From Auanema rhodensis (lineage: Eukaryota; Animalia; Nematoda), in the NCBI GenBank assembly GCA_964057225.1, contig OZ059897.1, positions 8,184,001-8,248,000 of the forward strand: 64,000 nucleotides of DNA, read 5' to 3'. Shown in pieces: positions 55,101 to 64,000 of the stretch. The stretch's first letter is position 1. Every line of letters starts with the position of its first letter. The notes under the pieces are model-generated. The model made no database searches, was not told the DNA's origin, and saw only the letters and a program-made list of their open reading frames with translations. Made by a program: the position numbers and the translations under genes.

Positions 55101-57476
55101 TCCTGAACATACAAAGGATCAAAAAATCTAATAATAAACTAAGTTGGATGAAAAGAGAAATTTGTAAAACATCAACGTGAAATTATTCTATTAAAAGTCC
55201 AATAGTAGGTGAGGAAATAGGTTTTTAGGAGAGATTAGTGATGAGTGATGAGTAATGAACGATGACTTTGAAATGTCTTTTTCTGTTCCAATCTTGTAGA
55301 AATGAAAAAAATATAAATGTAAATTCATTCAAAAACAACCAAGGCAATTAGGAGAATAAACGCAATTCAGTGTTGGAATCCATCTTGCTCAATATTCTGG
55401 GCAAATCTTATGAAGACGGCAAAACGATTTTTAGAAAAAGTTTTGAAAGATTTTTGTTAATTTTTTGTGGCAATTGAGATATGAAATAAGAAGCTGGTTT
55501 TGAAGAAGTATATTAGTAATCGATGTCTCAATAAGAACGAATGGGAAGGAAAATTAGAAGGCGATGGAGAAGAGGAAATGCAATGACTGAGGTAGTAAGT
55601 GGTGCTAGGATGGAAGTGAAGAAACGAGTGCAGGAAAAAGGACAGCTGGCTGTGGCCTTTGAAATCTTGAAGCCCAATAGTTTAGTTATCGATCAAATCG
55701 TCAAAAAAAACTTTCGGCTTTTTATATTTAAATTCAAGTTGGGCCACCAGCTGTTTTGTGTGTAAGCTATAGAGTTTGGCCAAGAATACTGCATATTTGT
55801 TTTAAAAAAATTAAAGCAAGGATGAACGCATCATATAAGTTGCAATTATTATAAAAGTGCAGTAAACACAGAAGCTCCAGGAAATGTAAACGAATTAAAA
55901 AAAATATATAACAAAGGAAATCAGGAAGAAATTCAAGAGATAAAATAGAGTATCATGAAGTTCAAAAAATTGAAACAACCACCGACATTCTACAGTTGCA
56001 TTCTGAACTTACTGTAAAACAACCAGCAAATTATGTGTCTGTTTCTATTGAATAATCTATCAGAAGTGGACTAAAAGTTTAGATGAAGCAGGGGGAGGGC
56101 CATTGTGAGGAATCGAAAGAATGTCACTGTTTACGGCGAGATGACCCGGCAGAGTATACAGACGCCAGACGCACCGTAAGCAGTTGCATTACACATGTTG
56201 TTCTGTTCTTCAGAAACGCACGTTCCCTTGGATCAGCAATACTTATAGCAGATGGCATTTCAGAATATAAATACCATTAGATGAGTCATTAGTAGCTCTT
56301 TCGGATAAGTAAATAATCTGATTAAAGAATACAAAAGTTTGACTTGACCATACAAGTTAGTGACGACCATAAACGAATGTATCTTCGTCCATATTATCCT
56401 AAAGATTATGGGATGTTTTCGAGAACCTTCTAGAATACTTTAACTACTTGATTCGCCGATATGGAACAGGATAAACAGGGAAGCAATAAAACTAAACGAG
56501 AATAAGGCATATTTTCAAAAATAGGTTAAACAACATCTTAAAATGTTTATAAATCTATGTTGTAATATTGTCAAAGCTTCATTATAATCACTCTTAAAGC
56601 GTGTAAAACCTCTCGTGTACTTATCTTCCGTCATCTATGATGAATCGAAATAGGTATTCCTCAGTAGTATATAAAAAGTTGACACTGGGACAACATTTTG
56701 CCCAAATGCGATTTTCTACATTTTTGCACCGTTTTCATGAAAGAGATTGAGGTAATTCAAAATATACGAAATGCTGTCTCAGCCTCAACTTTTTTGCAAC
56801 ATACAACTTTCTTCAACTAATATCTCAAGTACTATAAGTATTCCAAGTCAAAACATAAAAATAGATCTTTATTAAAGAATGGTGTTTGACTATCTGATAA
56901 ATTGAGTATTGCCCTAACAGTATGCTCACCAGGAAGTTTCCTAAATTTATTTTCAATAAATCAGTATTTAAGAGAGAATTTGTCATATTTAGATTCAATC
57001 AAGCTATTCTCCAACAATTTCTTAATATCAATTCTCAATCTATACTATCATTTACTATTGTCGATAAGACTTTTTTTTTCATTTTCATTTATAACACAGC
57101 TGAGTTTCTTAGAAACGGTTCAAACGATACAGCATTTGATAAAGTGTGTACTTCACAATATTTGATTCATCAGTATCAGATACATATAATCTTAAATGAT
57201 TTTCAACTTTTTTTCTTAAATGAAGGTCGCTACAACAAATCAAGTAAACGTTGTAAGAGAATCCCCTTCTTACTCTCCAGATTTCTTTCTGTATCTCCTT
57301 TAATCTAAGTCGATGCGGTAGATAAAAGGAAAACACAATGACTATCCGATTGAAGCAGATAGGCGGGTATGAACCAGCCTAGTATTACTTATATATATAG
57401 TAAAACATTCTTAAAATTTAAAATTTACAACATCTGCAAGTAACAAGTACAAACACAAAAATCACTCGAAATAATA

Positions 57477-59133
57477 TTATTCTTCGAAAATATCCTTAGG
57501 AATTCCAAGGATTTCAGTAAAACTGCGAAGTTTATGGTGATCCTGTTCAGTTAGTGATGGAATCTGTAATATTCAAACAGTTTGAATCACTGATAACCAA
57601 ATTACCTCAATCTCTTTCAATTTGTCTTGAGACAAAAAGGAATCTTTCTGTGAATCTTCAGATTTACAACTCACAGCAGCTGGAACACAATCCATAGGTA
57701 GATCAATCTGATGTGATTATATTTGAAAATATGAAACATAATTCATAAATTACCAGCTTGAACAAACTTTCAAGAGTTTCCTGTGTGTTATTGATGATGT
57801 CATGATGCCAGATAATCGGAGCACAATAAAGATGTTTGTTTTTTTCATAAAATGATAGAGGACATGCATAAATCAGAGCTGATGAATGCTGCAACATGCT
57901 TCAAATTAGTAAAACTTGAGCATTAATCTTACAAGTAATGCTTCTGCTTTACATTTACGTATGTGTTCACCTTCCATTGCAATTAGACGTCCAATAAATC
58001 TTGAAAGACTTGGATTCAACAGGTACAACTTGAACAAACACCAATTCAAAGCTTCGGATCTACAAGTTGGAAATAAGATTCGAAAACGAAGACAACAGAA
58101 AACCTGAGTGTCATTCTTCGTACAGATTTTAATCCATTTTTACGGAACATAAAGATATGTTTTAAGTTTGAAATTTTAGAGCAATACGGTACTAATCGTG
58201 CTTCTCCCGACGTCGTTTTCAGAACACAAATCTCATTTTCTGGTGTGTGAGCTCTAAGACACGTTATAGTTGCTTCCAGAAGAGTTTCAATTGTCTGAAA
58301 ATTCATGAGGTTTTATAAAGTAAGATGACATAAAGTTTACCTCAGCCCCAAGAATCTTCTCGTTATCCATCATAGACAAGTTGGTAAGAGCATGAGGTTC
58401 TGCATAACAAATTGAAGTTCCAGGATGATGAAGCATCTTCGCCATCAAAGTTGATGCACATCGAGCAGTATTTGTGGTAAGAATCTTAAGTTGAAATTAT
58501 TTATTTTAACTTGGTTTTTTATTTTATTACCGTTTTTGGCTGTGGCTTACGTCCAAAATATTTTCCAAGTTTTATCAAATCATCATGACGTATCTGTGCT
58601 ACATGTATTGCCTAAATCCAAGAAATTAAAAAACAATATTTACCCTCCTAATATAGTATATATAAACAAAAAATTTGAAATGTTTACCTCACGATGTATA
58701 ACTTCAAACATGAAAGGACAGTTAGCAACGCTATAGTTTGTGATAGGATGTTTCAAGTAAACAAAAGTAGCAAGATTCTATAAACAAAGTTTTAATGGTA
58801 AAACGTAAAACATATTCTTACCTCCTCAATACAATATAAATGCCAGTTAGGATGATCAAGTTCAAAAAGATCACATAAAGCTCCAGGGGTCAAAAGAAAA
58901 TCATTAATTCGTGAAACTTCAGCTTCATTAATTTTGTATCTGAGAAGAATTTTTCGAATTCTTATAAAATTAGGCGGAATGTGTCCAAAGAAAATCTTAA
59001 AAGCAGTATCAATATCAATAATACTTCGTAATTTTACCTTGACTAAAAATTCATATGCATTAAGAAAGAGTAGATATTGAAAATAAAGAATAAGTTTTGA
59101 AACCTGAACTAAATAGCTCACGATTCCGACCAT
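57477..59133 (-). CDS. Sulfotransferase-like P-loop-fold protein of unknown function
   Basis: Hand-spliced product contains PNWHLYC, ILTTNTARCASTLMAKML (5'-PSB-like), YAEPHALTNL, CVLKTTS, KHIFMFR (3'-PB-like) and EDSQKDSFLSQ. Stop at 57477-57479; start ATG 59133 is tentative. Confidence 0.7.
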
Positions 59134-59831
59134 CGTAACCACAGTTCTGACAAGGCTCTACACTGATTACTATGAATCTTGGTATCCCAGACGGAATGAA
59201 TCGTGTTATTACACGTCACGTTAGCAGCGGTTAATGCCAACCTCTTCAAATTTCGAAATTAGCTATTTTGTAATCAATATCATGTAGAAAACAACACGAA
59301 GTAAAAGGCTGAAAGGTCAACTTGAACTTGGAAAGATATAACAACATAATTGTTTTGATTCAGTGCCAGAAGGTGTCGGTGCTTAAATATGTAACAAAAC
59401 TGGCCATAATTAGACTTAAATAATTATCCGTTCATATACTTGCTAACATAAGGCAATTTGTAATAAAATTAAATTAAAATTACAACATTCCAAAATAATT
59501 TGTTTTGATAAAGTATATTATTTTGATTTGAATTCATGCCATCATATAATACAAATGATTTTTTTCTCTAATTCAATACCAAAGCGTAGAAACGCAATTT
59601 ATACCAATTACTTAGAAACACAATGTATATCAATTATATAATAATTAGGTTCAAGCCTTATAACTCCAACTTCTGCATCAAAGTTTACGTTTACTGTAGC
59701 TTTCGATACGTAGGCTTCTTTTCATTTCGACGAGCAGAAAAAAATTATTTTATCCTAAAACATTGAATTTAAATTTTTTTCAAATTTTCAACCTTTTCTC
59801 ATCTGTATATTTGCAGTATTAATACAATACA

Positions 59832-62077
59832 ATGGCCAAGTATTGTTTAAGTAAGTTTGAATATTATATATCTTTTAAAGAGGTTCGCATCTTCAGAAAA
59901 GGCAAGTAAAAGAGTGTCTTGCTCAAAAAGGTATAAAATTGAGAAGAAAGTTAGAGATCACAATAAAAAAGTAAAGAGGCAGTCCAAGAAAACAGGAGGT
60001 TTTTTTTTCATTTTTTGCTTGCTTAATTAATTTTATTTAGGAAATAAAAAAAAGAGTGAGCAAACATTGTCAGTACCGAAGTCATGTCCGTTCAAAGAAG
60101 ATATTCTTATTGAAGCGGAAAAGACCAGAGAACGTTTAAGGGCTGAAGCTGAAGCTAAGAAGGTATTTTGTAGTGATATATTTCATTATATTCTAGTTTA
60201 TATAGGAAGCAGCCAAAGTGCTTAGAGCAGAAAGGAAGAAGAACGTCCCAATTGATATCAACTCTCTCGCTGCCAAAGCCTCGAAAGATGTAAGATTTGA
60301 TAATTTAATTGATTATTTATATTTTTTTCTAGGCTGCTGAGTTTTCTAAGAGACAACAGATTGCTGAAGAAAGAATTAATACTATGGATGATAAAACTAT
60401 TCGCGCGTACGCCAGTGAAGTTCGCAAAACTATCGAAATTGCTGATGTTATTATTCAAGTAAGAATGAATTGCAGAAACTTTTTAATATTTTTTTACATT
60501 AGGTATTAGATGCTCGTGATCCACTTGGAAGCAGAAGTGCTTCTGTTGAGGAACAAGTTATTGCTGGAGGAAAGAGACTAGTGTTCTTAATTAATAAGGT
60601 ATTGTATCTTTCTTCTGCTATCCTAATTTTTGTTTTCAGATTGATCTTGTTCCTAAGGATAATGTGCAAAAATGGCTAGCCCATTTCCGTGGTCTATTTC
60701 CAACTATTGCCTTCAAAGCTAGTACCCAAGATCAAAAAAAGAACTTAGGAAGATTCAATAGCTCAAACTTGAATAACAGTGGAACTGCTAAATGTATCGG
60801 AGCTGATCTCGTAATGAAACTGTTGGGTAATTATTGCCGTAACAAGGATATCAAGACCAGTATTAGAGTAGGAGTTGTTGGTATGGTTCCTCAAAGCTCA
60901 TAAAATTACTGATTTTTTCTTTTCAGGGTTCCCCAACGTAGGAAAGAGCAGTGTCATTAACAGTTTAAAGAGAAGTCGTGCCTGCAATGTTGGAGCAATG
61001 CCAGGAATCACAAAGGAAGTTCAGGAAATTGAATTAGATAAGAATATTCGTTTGTTGGATTCCCCTGGAGTTGTCCTCATTAGCAACAAGGATCTTGACC
61101 CTATTGAGGCAATAAAGCTATTTTTGAAACTTGAACTAACCATTATTTTATTTAGGTTGCTTTAAAAAATGCTGTTAGAGTTGATTCTCTTATCGATCCT
61201 GTAGCTCCTGTTCATGCTATTCTTCGTAGATGTAGCAGAGAAATGGTAATATTATTTTGTATAATATATTGTTTTATCTCTTTTTTCAAGCTTATGATGC
61301 ATTATAACATTGCTGAGTTCAAATCTGTTGATCAGTTCCTCGCTCTCGTTGCTCGTAAACTTGGTAGATTAAAGAAGGGAGCCAGACCAGATGTTAATGC
61401 TGCTGCTAAACACGTACGTTAATATTCTCAATTATTTAAAAATATGTTCTCTATCTACAGATTCTAAACGACTGGAATTCTGGAAAGCTCAGATATCACA
61501 CTCTCCCACCAGAAGCTGACAAGAAGGAGAACTTACCTCATGCTTCTGCCGAAATCGTATCCCAATTCAGCAGAGAATTCGATATTGATTCTCTTCTCAC
61601 AGAACAAAATGAAATTATTGAAAGTAAGTTTCAGTTTTTTTAGTTTATCATATAGTACATGTATATAGGCATTCCACACGTTGATGAAGCAATGATAACA
61701 TTTGATGATGCTGAGGATGATGACGAAGAAGAAGGAGATATGGAAATTGATGGATCAAGTAAAATATTTATAAGTTATGAGAGAATTGTTTTCTTCTTAT
61801 GTTTTAGATGGTACCACAGTCGTAACCAGTGGAAGAAAAAGAAAGGAAGTGAAAGACGATGAAGAAAATGCTATTGCCAATCCAACAAATTTCGAAATTG
61901 ATGGTAATGTACAATTAAATAAATTTATCAAGAAGGCTGTGAAAGGACAAAAGAAGAAGCAGAAGAAACAAGGTTTGTTTAAAAATTAAAAGTTTCTTCA
62001 CATCTATCTATCTATACGTTTTAGCCCGTAAAGCAGATGACTTGGCCAATTGCATAGAAAGTATGGATACCATTTAA
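59832..62077 (+). CDS. nst-1: Nucleostemin/GNL3-like circularly permuted GTPase
   Basis: [81 protein letters not shown] and LNDWNSGKL. Stop 62075-62077. Confidence 0.96.
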
Positions 62078-62287
62078 AAAATATAAAATTGTTATTTTTT
62101 TTTGTTGATAATTTACTGTTCTTACTACATGTTAAGTTGATCGTTGATTTGAATTGTTGATTAGTTGTTGAAAAATATTTTTACGGTCCATATTACTGTT
62201 TTTTTTTGTCACATTTGTTGTGATGGACATGGGATCATAGGGAGAGCTTATGAATAGATATGAAAAAAAACAACAAGGGTCCGAATC

Positions 62288-62295
62288 TATATAAA
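62288..62295 (+). promoter_or_regulatory. Candidate TATA box of the astacin gene
   Basis: TATATAAA about 40 nt upstream of ATG 62328, with no TTTCAG acceptor in between. Confidence 0.55.
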
Positions 62296-62327
62296 TGCTG
62301 GGAAGCTCTGGGGATGAACCCATCACC

Positions 62328-64000
62328 ATGAAGCCTGGTCTCAGCTTCCTGGTACTATTCTCTGTCCTTTTATATACTGTTAGATGTCAAGATGATGATA
62401 ACGAAGCTAACGTTGAAGAGGTCATTTCTGATAAAGTAGTTACTCTTCACGTCATGTTTACAGATTCAAAACGAACTACTTCATGAAGAGACAGATGGAC
62501 CTTCGAAGGATGAGTTGAATGAGGTTCATATCATCATTTTTGAGAATGTAGAATATATTGTTTTAAGATGATGGAAGGTATGGCTCTGCTTAGGCTTAGA
62601 AGAACTGCTCTCAACCGAAGATCTGCTGCAGAACAGACTGACACCATCGACATTGTACTCAGAAATCTGTCGGATCTCTGAAATCTTATTATTTCAGGAG
62701 AGTTACCGTGCTTTCTTCGGACCAGCTGATGAAAATGCTACATCTTCCGTTGTTGCTGAAAACACAGCTTCTCTTAAGTCACTTGCCCTAGAAGGAGATA
62801 TGATTCTCAACAGAGAGCAACTTGAAGTTTTGAACACTGGTGGTAGTGGTATAGTGAAATTTTATTTTTCTTCCTATGAATTTGTTACTCGATAGAAATT
62901 CTCGAAGATGGTCCTGGTCGTAACCGAAGTAAAAGAGCTGTTATCACAGATAGAAGATTATTATGGAGTCCTTCCACACCAATTTATTATTACCTTGATC
63001 CATCTAGCAGTAAGTTATCACAAAACTGAACTAACAGTTTGATATCAACTCAGATTATGCTTCTGCTGTTATCAGACGAGGAATCAAATTCTGGCATGAC
63101 AACACTTGCTTGACCTTCCAAGTATACATTACAGTGTCTATACTATATTTGAAAAATATTTTTTTCAGGAAAATGCCATGGGCCCTAACAGACTTCGGTT
63201 TTACCGTGGAAGTGGATGCTTCTCTTACATTGGAAAACAAAATTGGGGAGGCCAAGATGTTTCTATCGGAACTGGATGTGAAAACGTATATCCTTTCAAT
63301 CACTATTCCTAATTTAAGCTTGAGTTCAGTTTGGAACTGTCACCCACGAAATCGGTCATGCTTTGGGAGCATACCATACACAATCTCGTTTCGATCGTGA
63401 TAACTTCCTTGCAATTAACTGGAATAACATCGATGGAGCTCAACAGTACAACTTCCAGAAGGTAATAACATTTTCTGAGACACAACATGTACATATTTGA
63501 AATTGTTCAGGTTGCTGCTGCGGCTGAAACTAGCTTCGGTTTGGCTTATGATTTTGGTAGTGTTATGCAATATAATCCATGTGACTTTAGTGATGTCATA
63601 AATGCATTAATCAGTAAGCTTTTCCAGACGCTTTCGCTCGTGATACACGTGTTCCAACATCTTATGCTAAAGACCGTAATTTCCAAAACATGATGGGACA
63701 ACGTGAAGGACCAGCGTTCTCCGATATCAAGATGATTAATACACTCTACCAATGTGATAGTATGTATTAGTCATATTGTTTCAACTTATACTGTGCATTT
63801 CTAGAAAGATGCGGCGCAAATGCTCCAATTTGCGGAAACAAAGGAATCCCTAACTCACGTAACTGCGCACAATGCCTGTGTCCAAAAACCTTTGGTGGAA
63901 AAACTTGCAATCAATTGGATGGTGGAAACGCTCCTATTTGCAATGCTGAAAGTCTTACTGTATGCTTTTTCCAGAAAGCGATCATTTTCACATAAATTTA
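62328..64000 (+). CDS. Astacin (nas family, M12A) zinc metalloprotease with an EGF domain; runs off the window
   Basis: Signal peptide, prodomain EGDMIL, furin site RSKR, GSGCFSYIG, HEIGHALGAYHTQSRFDRD zinc motif, Met-turn YDFGSVMQY, MGQREG and EGF-like CLCPKTFGGKTC. Confidence 0.95.

Noticed and set aside
62590-62601. TTAGGC telomere-like units (also ~19419-19430)
   Set aside because: At most two units, within or next to coding sequence; no telomere or elimination junction is supportable.

Overview
AT-rich, gene-dense eukaryotic genomic DNA with many ~40-50 nt GT-AG introns and TTTCAG-type acceptors just before start codons. This is almost certainly a rhabditid (clade V) nematode; the species was not determined. 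I spliced about 20 multi-exon genes by hand: an EFHD/swiprosin-like proline-rich gene (partial), glycine decarboxylase (gldc-1), a RanBD gene (ran-5-like), mrps-16, an IL-17-receptor/SEFIR gene (ilcr-2-like), a C2H2 zinc-finger gene, PACRG, a GluCl-related Cys-loop channel (5' end unresolved), a nematode NHR, a DHRS1-like SDR, four tandem transthyretin-like genes, TTC36, MTO1, lysyl hydroxylase (let-268), a sulfotransferase-like P-loop protein, nucleostemin (nst-1) and an astacin (partial). I recognised no tRNA, rRNA, CRISPR array or autonomous transposon. The most unusual observations are: (1) the IL-17 receptor start codon overlaps the mrps-16 stop codon (ATGA) just after a shared TTTCAG acceptor, leaving no intercistronic space; (2) a fixed-spacing two-part non-coding motif, (C)AACCG about 48-57 nt before CACGTG, recurs in unrelated introns and intergenic DNA; (3) a perfect forkhead-site palindrome in a bidirectional promoter; (4) three GC-AG introns; (5) several hairpin-bearing long introns. 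Exon boundaries were read by eye and orthology names come from recalled protein sequences, not database searches.
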